From assembly GCA_944389525.1 (NCBI GenBank), contig CALXMR010000002.1, positions 55,259-119,258 of the forward strand: DNA of 64,000 nucleotides. Direction: 5' to 3'. Position 1 is the stretch's first letter; the number at the start of each line of letters is the position of its first letter. Source of the stretch: an uncultured Alphaproteobacteria bacterium. Its GTDB lineage: Bacteria > Pseudomonadota > Alphaproteobacteria > Rs-D84. Positions 19,510 through 28,752 of the stretch are shown here, piece after piece. The position numbers and the translations under genes are program-made. The notes beneath the pieces were generated by a model. It was given only the letters and a program-made list of their open reading frames with translations, was not told the DNA's origin and searched no databases.

Positions 19510-20259
19510 TTGAGTTTTAAATACACAATTCCGTATTTTTTAACTGGTGCGGCAATGTTGTTTGGCACGGGGGCGTCGATGCGTTCAAGTGAAAAAGCAT
19601 TGCCAGATGTATCGTTGACTTATCCACAAAACAATCTGTTAAAATCGAGAGTTGATTCCATTGATTTGATTGACAGTTTAAATGCGGATTATTCAGTTGT
19701 GTCAATGGACGCGCTGTTGAAAACACCAATACGGGCAATAGCACAACGATATGATGTTGTATATACACGCGCCGATGGCAATCAATTCAAACGCAGTGGT
19801 GGTACGCGTGCATGGCGCAATAATAACCCAGGGTGCCTGCGCTATTCACAATTCGCCGTGACTCAGGGTGCAATCGGCAAAGCCGGTGGTTTCGCCGTGT
19901 TCCCAGATGAAAAAACTGGTCGCGCGGCAATTGGCGCACTGTTGCGGTCTGACAAGTATTGCAATTTAAGTATATCACAGGCGATATATAAATATGCGCC
20001 ACCACATGAAAACGATACCCAAAGATATAAAAGCCGGTTGCAAAAAATGACTGGGCTGGCGATATCAACCAAAATCCGTGACCTGAGTGATGAACAATTG
20101 TCACGCGTTGTCCAGGCAATTTGTGTTATCGAAGGATGGCGCACCGGTACCGAGGTCGCAATTGCACCAGTTAAAGCGACTGAAAAAATGGATACCGCAA
20201 AAATTTATGCAATGGCGCAACAGGTAAAACTAAACCAATTACGTCAAAACGCACGGTAA
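19510..20259 (+). CDS. Membrane-anchored protein with conserved WRNNNPGN domain (function unknown)
   Basis: An in-frame TTG lies 6 nt after AAGGAGG. The track start 19414 is also TTG but has no RBS. An N-terminal hydrophobic helix is followed by the C-terminal domain GGTRAWRNNNPGCLRYS...GGFAVFPDEKTGRAAIGALLRSD...YAPPHENDT, which is shared with 21874-22908. Confidence 0.6.
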   Translation: MSFKYTIPYFLTGAAMLFGTGASMRSSEKALPDVSLTYPQNNLLKSRVDSIDLIDSLNADYSVVSMDALLKTPIRAIAQRYDVVYTRADGNQFKRSGGTRAWRNNNPGCLRYSQFAVTQGAIGKAGGFAVFPDEKTGRAAIGALLRSDKYCNLSISQAIYKYAPPHENDTQRYKSRLQKMTGLAISTKIRDLSDEQLSRVVQAICVIEGWRTGTEVAIAPVKATEKMDTAKIYAMAQQVKLNQLRQNAR

Positions 20260-20262
20260 AAA

Positions 20263-20283
20263 ACGCGCATTATGCGCGTTTTT
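20263..20283. terminator. Bidirectional terminator
   Basis: acgcgcat-tatgcgcgt flanked by A and T runs, between convergent genes. Confidence 0.7.
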
Positions 20284-20559
20284 TTATACAATTTTATTTT
20301 TTATCTCGCGAATTCGGGCCAAAATCTCGCGCAGGTCGGCATCAGACACCGATGGCGTTGGCACATTTCTTAATTCATCCGCCAAGACAATACACAATGT
20401 TGCCAACAGTGCATTTTCTGGCAATGGTCCAATTTTATCCAGAATTTCCCGTGCGCGCGCATCAACCATCCGCCCCAGTTCAATCAAACGCGATTCTTGG
20501 CCGTCTTCACAGCCCATGGGATAGTTTTTATTAACGATTGGTATTGATACTACACTCAT
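20284..20559 (-). CDS. zapA: Cell division protein ZapA
   Basis: 91 aa. VSIPIVNKNYPMGCEDGQESRLIELGRMVDARAREI...LLATLCIVLADEL fits the ZapA pattern. Confidence 0.75.
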   Translation of the reverse strand: MSVVSIPIVNKNYPMGCEDGQESRLIELGRMVDARAREILDKIGPLPENALLATLCIVLADELRNVPTPSVSDADLREILARIREIKNKIV

Positions 20560-20771
20560 TTCAAATTCTTTAATATAGATATCGACTGATTTATCATTTC
20601 TGTGGCGCGGGCATTTTTTTCACGCAATCCGCGCACCTGTTCGGTCAGAATTGCCACCTCTAGATCTGTTTGACGACCGGCATTCGCCGCCGTAGACCGC
20701 AGGCGCGCCACCGCATCGTCCAGGGTGGCCAGTTCTTGAAATATTTGCTGTTTTACATCGGACATAATCAC
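20556..20771 (-). CDS. Small coiled-coil protein (DUF4164-like, zapA-associated)
   Basis: 71 aa with a 4-nt overlap to zapA. Its position and coiled-coil character match the alphaproteobacterial DUF4164-zapA pair. Confidence 0.55.
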   Translation of the reverse strand: MIMSDVKQQIFQELATLDDAVARLRSTAANAGRQTDLEVAILTEQVRGLREKNARATEMINQSISILKNLK

Positions 20772-20839
20772 AGTTTAAGATATTTTTTACATGCGTTCAA
20801 CACTAAAATGTGATATAATGGCGGCATCAGGTCGGGGGA

Positions 20840-21856
20840 ATGAATTCTATGAAGACAAAAATCATATATATTTCGGGCAATGAAGTGTTTGATATGGCGG
20901 ATATTCGCGCCGCATTTGATGAAGTGCGTTCAACATTAAACTTGGGCGGCGATACCGTTTTGTTTGGTGTGCCGGTCGATGCCGATGACGCATTGGCGAA
21001 AAATACCAGTGCAGAAAAAACAGATGATACAGACGAAATAACCGCCCCAGATACCGTTCCACATATTGAAACAGTTTCCCATGATACAGAAATAATTGAT
21101 ACAGTTGCGACAACTGATGTGGCACCAGACGCGCCAGTACAACCAAAGAAATCACGCGGGCGCCGCCGGGCTGTTACCACAGATGTCGCCCCAGAACAGC
21201 CACATGACGAAGTGTCTGCGCCAGATGCACCCAGCGAAAAAATTATTCCAATTTTGTCTATCTTGGCCGCAAAGAAAGATTCTGATACGCCGGCTGAAAA
21301 CGACACACCGGACGCGGATATCACCATCGCATCAGCCGAAGACAGCGCCGATGCAGATGCATCAATTGTTGCCGATATTGATATCAGCGCAGAAATTGCC
21401 GAACCTGTCACAACAGACGGTGCAGCAGTTCAAACAACAACAATTGCAGATATGATAACTGACGATGCCCCCAGCGCACCAATCGAAAAAACATTGGAAC
21501 AATTGCTGGAAAGTATGGCCCCCCTGCGCGAAGATGCGGTCGAAGATACTGTGGCGCATGAAACAGATACCGCAGAGCCCGAAAATGACGATGTGGCCAT
21601 GAGGTCAGATGCATCGGATGCCACGCTGGAACAACTGGCCGCGGAATTTGCCGAAAACCAGGATAAAATCCCATCTCCGCAAAAGGCAGACACGCACAGC
21701 AAAATTGGAAAACTGAAAAATATTTTGCCGTTTAAAAAGGCCAAACGCGATGATAGTGGCATTATGGGCGACCTGTTTGGTTGGGCCGGAATTGCCGCAA
21801 ATGATGACGATTTTTCTATACCGGGATTTTTTACAAACGCCGCATCAAAAAAATAG
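20840..21856 (+). CDS. Highly acidic, low-complexity (D/E/T/A-rich) protein
   Basis: 338 aa. A second ATG at 20849 has better spacing to GGGGGA. The protein has a short folded-looking N-terminus, a long acidic disordered tract, and a C-terminal GDLFGWAGIAANDDDFSIPGFF. Confidence 0.55.
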   Translation: MNSMKTKIIYISGNEVFDMADIRAAFDEVRSTLNLGGDTVLFGVPVDADDALAKNTSAEKTDDTDEITAPDTVPHIETVSHDTEIIDTVATTDVAPDAPVQPKKSRGRRRAVTTDVAPEQPHDEVSAPDAPSEKIIPILSILAAKKDSDTPAENDTPDADITIASAEDSADADASIVADIDISAEIAEPVTTDGAAVQTTTIADMITDDAPSAPIEKTLEQLLESMAPLREDAVEDTVAHETDTAEPENDDVAMRSDASDATLEQLAAEFAENQDKIPSPQKADTHSKIGKLKNILPFKKAKRDDSGIMGDLFGWAGIAANDDDFSIPGFFTNAASKK

Positions 21857-21873
21857 GCGCGCAATAATGAAAC

Positions 21874-22908
21874 ATGAACATAGATACAATTCTTAGACTG
21901 TTGCAAAATTCTGGTTTCCATGTATTGGGAATGGACAGCACATATCTGTATCTGGAAGATCCATCGTGTATATTGCGCAGTTTTGAAACTTTTTTCGAAT
22001 ACGCATGGGTTGTTATTCTGTGCATTACCGGGTTATTTCTGTTTGGATGGGCGATATCGTTAATTCGTGGTGCCAATACAGATTATTTTACTAATCTGCG
22101 CAGTTTGATAATTATGCTGGGGACAATATCAGCAATTGTACCAATTGTTAATATGGTATGGGGTGATGATTTGTTTGCGCGTGGCTGTCGCACAATCCAG
22201 GTATCTTTTGATGAACTGAATAAGTTACTGGATGTGCGAAAACTGGAACTGGACAGCAGTGACGAATACAATTTATACGAAGAATTTGATATATATGATT
22301 CTGGGGCGCCAGATGACGATACTCCATATGCCCCATATTCTGATGCCCCAGTACCGGGTGCCGGCAGTCCGGCCGAACCAGAAGTAACCGTGTCTGATGA
22401 TGACAGCACAATGCAAAAATCTGGTAAAACCAAGGCAAACGCCCACACCCCCAGTGGTACGGATCTGCCAACCAGCGCCAGCGCATCTGGCAAAGATGTA
22501 ATTTATACAAATCCAGACGGGTCGCGTTATCGCTATACAGATGGCACGCGTGCATGGCGCAACAATAACCCAGGAAATATACGATATTCTGATTTCTCAC
22601 GCCGCATGGGCGCAATTGGCGAAGCGGGTGGATTCGCCGTATTCCCAGATGTAGAAACCGGCAGGCGCGCCATTGCCGCGCTGTTGCGCAGTGATTCTTA
22701 TAACAATTTGACTATCGCTGGCGCAATCAGTCGGTATGCGCCACCAATAGAAAACGATACAGAAAAATACCACCGCAAGATTGAACAACTGACCGGGTTA
22801 TCGATAAATCGCCGTATGAGTGACCTGGACGACACCGAATTTGCCCAGGTTGTTCGCGCCATACAACAAATCGAAGGTTGGGGTGTCGGACGCGTTGTAC
22901 CAGAATAA
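21874..22908 (+). CDS. Multi-pass membrane protein with C-terminal WRNNNPGN domain
   Basis: 344 aa with two to three N-terminal hydrophobic helices and an acidic/proline linker. The C-terminal DGTRAWRNNNPGNIRYS...GGFAVFPDVETGRRAIAALLRSD...YAPPIENDT is paralogous to 19510-20259. Confidence 0.6.
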   Translation: MNIDTILRLLQNSGFHVLGMDSTYLYLEDPSCILRSFETFFEYAWVVILCITGLFLFGWAISLIRGANTDYFTNLRSLIIMLGTISAIVPIVNMVWGDDLFARGCRTIQVSFDELNKLLDVRKLELDSSDEYNLYEEFDIYDSGAPDDDTPYAPYSDAPVPGAGSPAEPEVTVSDDDSTMQKSGKTKANAHTPSGTDLPTSASASGKDVIYTNPDGSRYRYTDGTRAWRNNNPGNIRYSDFSRRMGAIGEAGGFAVFPDVETGRRAIAALLRSDSYNNLTIAGAISRYAPPIENDTEKYHRKIEQLTGLSINRRMSDLDDTEFAQVVRAIQQIEGWGVGRVVPE

Positions 22909-22919
22909 CTGACCAAGGG

Positions 22920-23558
22920 ATGAAAATTATGACAATAAAAAACGAACAGGGCGGCATTACTGTAAATATATTGTTAATCATTATGCTGATTGTGATTGGG
23001 GCGCTGATTTACATATTGGCCGGCGGTACGGTACCGCGTATTGGTAAAACAGGTGGCGTTACATCGCCAACCACCATGCCAGATGAACAACAACTGTTTA
23101 CCACGCCTGGCGATGAATTCACAGATGGATTGGTCAACCCCGGGTTTTCACAAGAATATCAACTGGATGAATTTGGAACTGGCGTGACCCAGCGGGATAT
23201 ATTTGATATTGATATAAACGGCGATGGTGCACGCGACCGCATAACCCGCACACGCAACGAAAATGGTACTGCACATTTTTACTATGAATACAAAATCGAA
23301 TTAAACAACAATGGCGAATACATCGATATTACCCCAGATGGGTTCAGAACAACCGAAGGGGCCGAATGTGCGCTGACAAAATTTCAATTCAAATTTCAAC
23401 CAGAATTTCGCGTAATCAAGATTTCACGCCAATGGCAAGATTCGTGGAACGCGCCAACAATGGCAACGCGGACAATATATTCACTGGCTGGTACAGAATT
23501 GGCCCCAGTAAAATCACAGCGATTAAAATCTGTGTGTGATGTAACGGATTTATTTTAA
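22920..23558 (+). CDS. Membrane-anchored hypothetical protein with DxDxDG (FG-GAP/VCBS-like) loop
   Basis: The start was taken at MKIMTIKNEQGG. It has one TM helix (ITVNILLIIMLIVIGALIYILAGG) and the loop DIDINGDGARD. Confidence 0.5.
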   Translation: MKIMTIKNEQGGITVNILLIIMLIVIGALIYILAGGTVPRIGKTGGVTSPTTMPDEQQLFTTPGDEFTDGLVNPGFSQEYQLDEFGTGVTQRDIFDIDINGDGARDRITRTRNENGTAHFYYEYKIELNNNGEYIDITPDGFRTTEGAECALTKFQFKFQPEFRVIKISRQWQDSWNAPTMATRTIYSLAGTELAPVKSQRLKSVCDVTDLF

Positions 23559-24236
23559 TATAAACATATTGCGTGCAGAATACAGAATTCCGCCCGATAC
23601 CAAGAAATGATCATATAATTCAATTTCGCACTGATTCAGTATATTCTGGATAGTTTTGGTTATTTCTGCATCTTGTTGGGAAAAAGTTGTATGTGGTGTT
23701 GGGTGATTGTGCAGCAATACCACCGAACGTGCGTTTAAATCCAGTGCATTCTTTAATATCTTGCGCGGGAACACTGGCGACCAATCAATTGATCCTGTGC
23801 TGTGCAGTTCATCCATCAATAACCGCAGATTTTTATCCAGGTATAAAACATGAAATTCTTCATCTGTTTTGCCAATTAACTGCAAAACACAATAATTGCG
23901 CAATGCCTGGTCATCATGAAATATCGGACCAGATGTTAATTGAAACTTGCATCCGATTATCATCAATTGTGCGATGGCTTTTAGAAAAATCGCAGTATTT
24001 TGGCCGACACCCCGATATTTCATCAAATCGTCTATGGGTGCAGATATAATTTGATATATGCCACCAAACTGCTTTACCAGGCCACGCGCCAACGGACGAA
24101 CATCACGGCGCGGAATGACATAACTTAATAACAGTTCCAGCAATTCATAATCTGCCAAATGACCGTCCAGAAACTTCTGGCGCAGACGCCCACGATGTCC
24201 GGCATGAAAAGATAAATCTGTTTCGTCTGGTTTCAC
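23550..24236 (-). CDS. radC: RadC-family JAB/MPN domain protein
   Basis: 228 aa with an N-terminal HhH-like region and a C-terminal LLHNHPTPHTTFSQQDAEITKTI (JAMM-like motif). Confidence 0.8.
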   Translation of the reverse strand: MKPDETDLSFHAGHRGRLRQKFLDGHLADYELLELLLSYVIPRRDVRPLARGLVKQFGGIYQIISAPIDDLMKYRGVGQNTAIFLKAIAQLMIIGCKFQLTSGPIFHDDQALRNYCVLQLIGKTDEEFHVLYLDKNLRLLMDELHSTGSIDWSPVFPRKILKNALDLNARSVVLLHNHPTPHTTFSQQDAEITKTIQNILNQCEIELYDHFLVSGGILYSARNMFILK

Positions 24237-24258
24237 CGCACACCCCGCGAAATTTATC

Positions 24259-25020
24259 TTAGACCATTTTTTCTGTGAATATTATCACACCATCTTCGGT
24301 TATCCCCAGTGTGTGTTCCCACTGGGCAGACAGCCCCCCATCAACCGTGCGCGCCGTCCATCCGTCTGGGTCAATCTTGCATTCTGGACGACCAGTGTTT
24401 ATCATCGGTTCAATCGTAAAGACCAACCCAGGAACCATTTTTACATTATCCCAATGCCGGTCGTAAAAATGAAATATTTGCGGGTCATCATGCATAACCT
24501 TGCCAATGCCGTGGCCAACAAAGTCGCGCGATATCGAAAACCCGTGGGGCAGCACAACCGATTCAATTGTTTTACCAATTTCTGATAATGGCACCCCTGG
24601 GGCGCATATTGAAATCGCGGCATTCAGTGCATCTTGGCATGTTTGCACCAATTCGCGTGCACGGGGCGTGACATTACCAATCATAAACATTCGCGATGCA
24701 TCACCGTGAAACCCCTTGTATTCTGCGGTCAGGTCAACATTCACAATATCGCCATCTTTTAATATCACATCGTCACTGGGGATGCCGTGGACAATAACAT
24801 CATTGACCGATGTGCAAATGCTTTTCGGATACCCCTGGTACCCCAAGTCAGACGACCGCGCACCGTTTGCATGCAAAAATTCTGCCACCATGCGGTCAAT
24901 TTCGCCCGTGGATATGCCGGCGCGAATATATGGTGTAATGTGATCAAAACAGCGTGCCACCAAATCCCCAACCACACGCAAGCGTTTAAAATCTTTGGGT
25001 GCATAAACAGAAGATAACAT
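24259..25020 (-). CDS. map: Type I methionine aminopeptidase
   Basis: VIVHGIPSDDVILKDGDIVNVDLTAEYKGFHGDASRMF...GHGIG...EPM...WEHT metal-ligand pattern. Confidence 0.9.
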   Translation of the reverse strand: MLSSVYAPKDFKRLRVVGDLVARCFDHITPYIRAGISTGEIDRMVAEFLHANGARSSDLGYQGYPKSICTSVNDVIVHGIPSDDVILKDGDIVNVDLTAEYKGFHGDASRMFMIGNVTPRARELVQTCQDALNAAISICAPGVPLSEIGKTIESVVLPHGFSISRDFVGHGIGKVMHDDPQIFHFYDRHWDNVKMVPGLVFTIEPMINTGRPECKIDPDGWTARTVDGGLSAQWEHTLGITEDGVIIFTEKMV

Positions 25021-25024
25021 TTTC

Positions 25025-26014
25025 TTACTTCCTTCGTTTAACAGACAATTTCATTGCGCGCAATGCCAATTTTAACGAAAAATCACGCAATAATATTTCG
25101 CCTGGCATGCCTGTTGTACGCAACTGTCGTTCCAGTTCGTTCAGGCGGCGCAACACGGCAACAATTTCTGATTCTGGCCATATTTTTATCGCCATGTTAA
25201 ATTTATCAGCAACCTTCCAAAACAGACGCGGTAATTGCCCTTCGACAACGGCGGTTAATAATTTTTTAAAATGCCCATTCAGCATGCGAACCAACATATT
25301 CGGATCAGTGTTATCGTACAGCAATCTGTCCAATGCAACCATTGTTTGTTGCAAATGCCCCGCCGTTAATGAATATAGGTAATCATCGGTATTTGCCGCG
25401 CCTGTGTCTGGCAAACATTTTTCTACATCATCCAGTTCGACCGTTTTTTTATCGTCTACATACAACGCAATCTTGGCCAAGAATCCGCGTGTAATTCCGC
25501 GATCACCCCCCAGGTGCGATGTCATGTATGCCATGGCGTCTGGGGTTATTTGTTGAATTCCGGCGTCTGCGGACAATTCACGCCGTATTAATGTGGCCAA
25601 CGAACGCGCATCGTCTGTATAACACGCCAGGGCCGCCAATTTATCATCAGATTCAAACAGTGCGCGCAATGCGCCACCCGCGCGTAAATCACCCGCGGTA
25701 ACGATAACTGTTGCACACAGCCCAGAATGCGTAACCAATTCTGTAATATATTTTGCATCACCATCGCCCGCATTAGATATTATAACCATCTTGCGGCCAC
25801 CAAACATCGATGGACTGCAACTTTCGGCGAACAAAGCATCTTGGCGGTCGCGCAATTCATCAGAATCTAGGGCGAACATATTATCTTTTTCGATTTCCAG
25901 TTTTTCAACCGCACGGTCACAAAACTCATCAACCTGGCCCGCATCAGGACCGTATATCAAAACCGCACGAATGGTTTCAATTCCGCTGTTAAAATCTGAT
26001 TCTTTCCATTTCAT
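25025..26014 (-). CDS. holA: DNA polymerase III subunit delta
   Basis: 329 aa. It has VLIYGPDAGQVDEF at the N-terminus and lies directly downstream of lptE. Confidence 0.75.
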   Translation of the reverse strand: MKWKESDFNSGIETIRAVLIYGPDAGQVDEFCDRAVEKLEIEKDNMFALDSDELRDRQDALFAESCSPSMFGGRKMVIISNAGDGDAKYITELVTHSGLCATVIVTAGDLRAGGALRALFESDDKLAALACYTDDARSLATLIRRELSADAGIQQITPDAMAYMTSHLGGDRGITRGFLAKIALYVDDKKTVELDDVEKCLPDTGAANTDDYLYSLTAGHLQQTMVALDRLLYDNTDPNMLVRMLNGHFKKLLTAVVEGQLPRLFWKVADKFNMAIKIWPESEIVAVLRRLNELERQLRTTGMPGEILLRDFSLKLALRAMKLSVKRRK

Positions 26015-26490
26015 TATTTTTTATCGCCAATATTTTGTTCATAGCGATATGTTTCTGCGATAACGCGCGCACCAATTTTTTCCGCCAACACACCAATCGT
26101 ATTTTGGACCGCGTTATTGTATGATGCATTCGCCGCAACCAGATACCGCACAAATGTATACGATTCAGACGCACTTTCCGAACCATGTGCAATTTCTGTA
26201 TCACCCACCGTCAGTACATAGTTCGCCGTCAGCACAATTTCTTGCCATGATGCATCCCCGGTTGGTTCCAATGCCTTGTACCGGGTGACAGGTTCATTCA
26301 GATCAACAGTCAATGTATATGTGGCACCCGCATCATGCATGCCGCCGAACTTTGCGTTCAGACTGTTACGCAAATCAATGCCGTTAATACCACTGATTGG
26401 CGCAACATAAATATCTGTGTCGCGTTCCGTATACATCGGTGTAAAACCACATGCAGATAAAATTAATAATGCCGCCAGATATTTTTTCAT
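26014..26490 (-). CDS. lptE: LPS-assembly lipoprotein LptE
   Basis: The start was taken at MKKYLAALLILSACGFTPMY (lipobox). It sits in the conserved position upstream of holA. Confidence 0.7.
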   Translation of the reverse strand: MKKYLAALLILSACGFTPMYTERDTDIYVAPISGINGIDLRNSLNAKFGGMHDAGATYTLTVDLNEPVTRYKALEPTGDASWQEIVLTANYVLTVGDTEIAHGSESASESYTFVRYLVAANASYNNAVQNTIGVLAEKIGARVIAETYRYEQNIGDKK

Positions 26491-26559
26491 GTTTTTTGTT
26501 TTCCTATTGCATTTTATCCTTATATTACCTAGACTTTTAATAAAGCGCAAGGGGGAATA

Positions 26560-27801
26560 ATGAATATTTTTATGATGATTTTGGTTGCCGTATTTATGGT
26601 CGGTTTCTATTTAATCAGCAGCCCCAGCCAACGCGTGATTACCCAAGAAACAGAATATGCCGTTAATCGCGCAGATATGCGGTCAATTGCGCAATGTGCA
26701 TCGGCCGTGCATAATGCAAAAATTCGCGGCACTGTATTTAACGATATTTGCATTGAACAAAATTCTGTGACCAGTCAATATGTCTGTCTAAACAGCAGCA
26801 ATCGCATCACAGAATGTGAAGTTACGCGCAATAAAAAACCAGCGTACAGTTATATCATCACAACGACCGCCGCACTGGATGCGACAAATTATAACAGCAT
26901 GCTGGAAATACTGGAATCAGATTTTCCAGACGCTGGGACATTTGGTATATATCTGGACGGTAAAATTATGGCGGGTGGCGCGTATTCTGCGCGCAGTGTT
27001 CCTGGTGCGATAATTGATGAACTGGGGCTGGCGAATGGACAACTGGTATATCTGACGCAATATGAAATCCCAGATGCAGATACAACATTTTCTGCCGCGG
27101 TCCAGGCCGATGTTATATGCCCAATCGGCACGATTAAAACATATCGCTTTGGTCGTTGGCAATGTATCGGATATAACACCAAAACAGACTGTGGCGGCGA
27201 TATGATATGGGATTCAGAACTGTTGGAATGCGTGGCAGATGAATCAAAAAAGCCACTGTGTGCGGAACAGCAAACGGCCGTTTTGGTCGACAGTGTTTGG
27301 GAATGCGTTAACCCGTTCCCAGAAAAGTCATGCCCCGCCAATATGATTGCACGATTAAATTATACAACACTGGAATGGGAATGCGTGGCCGATCCAAACG
27401 CAACATCCAGTGTAAAGAAATGTCAAAATGTGATACAGGGCGCGGTATTCGGCGCAATTGGGACAACATTGCGTGTGCCGGCGGCATCATCCTGCACAGA
27501 TTGCGAGGTTATGATTACAGATCCTGAAACATGCGTATCGGCATGTATTCCTGACCCAACCAAAATAAATGATTCGGCGTGCTATCCGGGGGATGCGGGC
27601 GAATGTACGGGCGCGGACCGCGGGATATATTTTGGTTTTCCATCACGTGCATATGCCGCCAATATTTCGGCGATTGATGGACATACCGTACCGATTGATA
27701 CAGCGCATTCGCAAAACAGAATGTTTAATTGCCTGGAATGCGTAAATGGTGAAATTGATTCAGAACGTTCTGTGCCACCATATATTGCAATATGTAAATA
27801 A
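26560..27801 (+). CDS. Cysteine-rich exported/anchored protein with tandem C...W.C modules
   Basis: 413 aa with an N-terminal hydrophobic helix and about 26 Cys. Four consecutive modules are present: CPIGTIKTYRFGRWQCIG, CGGDMIWDSELLECVA, CAEQQTAVLVDSVWECVN and CPANMIARLNYTTLEWECVA. Confidence 0.5.
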   Translation: MNIFMMILVAVFMVGFYLISSPSQRVITQETEYAVNRADMRSIAQCASAVHNAKIRGTVFNDICIEQNSVTSQYVCLNSSNRITECEVTRNKKPAYSYIITTTAALDATNYNSMLEILESDFPDAGTFGIYLDGKIMAGGAYSARSVPGAIIDELGLANGQLVYLTQYEIPDADTTFSAAVQADVICPIGTIKTYRFGRWQCIGYNTKTDCGGDMIWDSELLECVADESKKPLCAEQQTAVLVDSVWECVNPFPEKSCPANMIARLNYTTLEWECVADPNATSSVKKCQNVIQGAVFGAIGTTLRVPAASSCTDCEVMITDPETCVSACIPDPTKINDSACYPGDAGECTGADRGIYFGFPSRAYAANISAIDGHTVPIDTAHSQNRMFNCLECVNGEIDSERSVPPYIAICK

Positions 27802-27804
27802 AAA

Positions 27805-27826
27805 ACGCGCCAGGTAGCGCGTTTTT
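27805..27826. terminator. Bidirectional terminator
   Basis: aaaaa-acgcgc-caggta-gcgcgt-ttttt. Confidence 0.7.
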
Positions 27827-28668
27827 TATCTTTGATAAAAGCTTGTTAAAAATTCGTCTAACATTCTAGAGTACATTTCGTAATCTTCCCGTGCCTGTTG
27901 ATATTGATCGGCGGACACAGAATGTGGGTTATCCAGAGTGATACGCAGATTGTCCAATGTATTTTCCAGACGATAAATATATTCTTCATCTGGGTCAAAT
28001 TTTGGACATGTACTTTCGCTTTTTGGTGTAATTTCTGTGCGACATGGGGCTTGTTTTATTGCTGGTCGTACACCATTTGGATGGCGTGCTTCGACCATTT
28101 TTATAATTTCTGGACGATACGGTGACCGTTTTGGTTTAAAATCTTTGGCATTTTGACATGCAATTATTTTAATTGCGGCACACAAGACAGACAATTTTTG
28201 ATAATTTTTGTTTGTATATCCGTCTATTAGTTGTATAGATACGGGATCATGCAGAACATCATTCCATTGACCACGGGGATTTGCATTCAAGCTCATATAT
28301 TCAATCAGTTTATATTGAACTTCGGCAATTGGGGACTGTTTGTCAGATATCTGCGTGGTGCAAAAACGATAGATATTATTTCGATTATTAAACATAAATG
28401 GGGATACGGTACCAAAGCGAACTGGATTATACGACATCTCGTACCACAGCGCATCACATATCACATCGCCGTCTATTTTACCCGTCGGCAAATCAACAAA
28501 TCTTACTGGGTTATCCCAAGTGTGACTTTTGCGAATCTTTCCAACAGCCGCATACAATTCACATGGCGCAAAGTTGCCGATATATTTGCGCGCAGTACTG
28601 TATTGCAAGATTTTTTTTGTCTGTTCGTCGGTTAACTGTGGCATGGTCGTTCCTTTGTCTTTACCCAT
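27826..28668 (-). CDS. Hypothetical protein (AT-rich orphan)
   Basis: 280-aa ORF with no motif I can recognise. Confidence 0.4.
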   Translation of the reverse strand: MGKDKGTTMPQLTDEQTKKILQYSTARKYIGNFAPCELYAAVGKIRKSHTWDNPVRFVDLPTGKIDGDVICDALWYEMSYNPVRFGTVSPFMFNNRNNIYRFCTTQISDKQSPIAEVQYKLIEYMSLNANPRGQWNDVLHDPVSIQLIDGYTNKNYQKLSVLCAAIKIIACQNAKDFKPKRSPYRPEIIKMVEARHPNGVRPAIKQAPCRTEITPKSESTCPKFDPDEEYIYRLENTLDNLRITLDNPHSVSADQYQQAREDYEMYSRMLDEFLTSFYQR

Positions 28669-28752
28669 ATAAATATAATACTTTTATAAATTTTGTCAAC
28701 CCATTTGATAAAAATATAACCATGGTGTTTTTACCATGGCTATATATTTTTG

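Noticed and set aside
20827-21921. Long antisense and alternative-frame ORFs (194, 163, 119 and 97 aa) over the acidic-protein gene.
   Set aside because: Compositional bias (GAT/GAA/GCC-rich) leaves other frames open. Their products are S/A/C-rich nonsense with no starts in good context.
22920-23000. Type IV prepilin-like leader in 22920-23558 (EQGG-ITVNILL...) and in 26560-27801.
   Set aside because: There is no G-F/M-T/S-L-x-E cleavage consensus and no Glu at +5. These are treated as plain membrane anchors.
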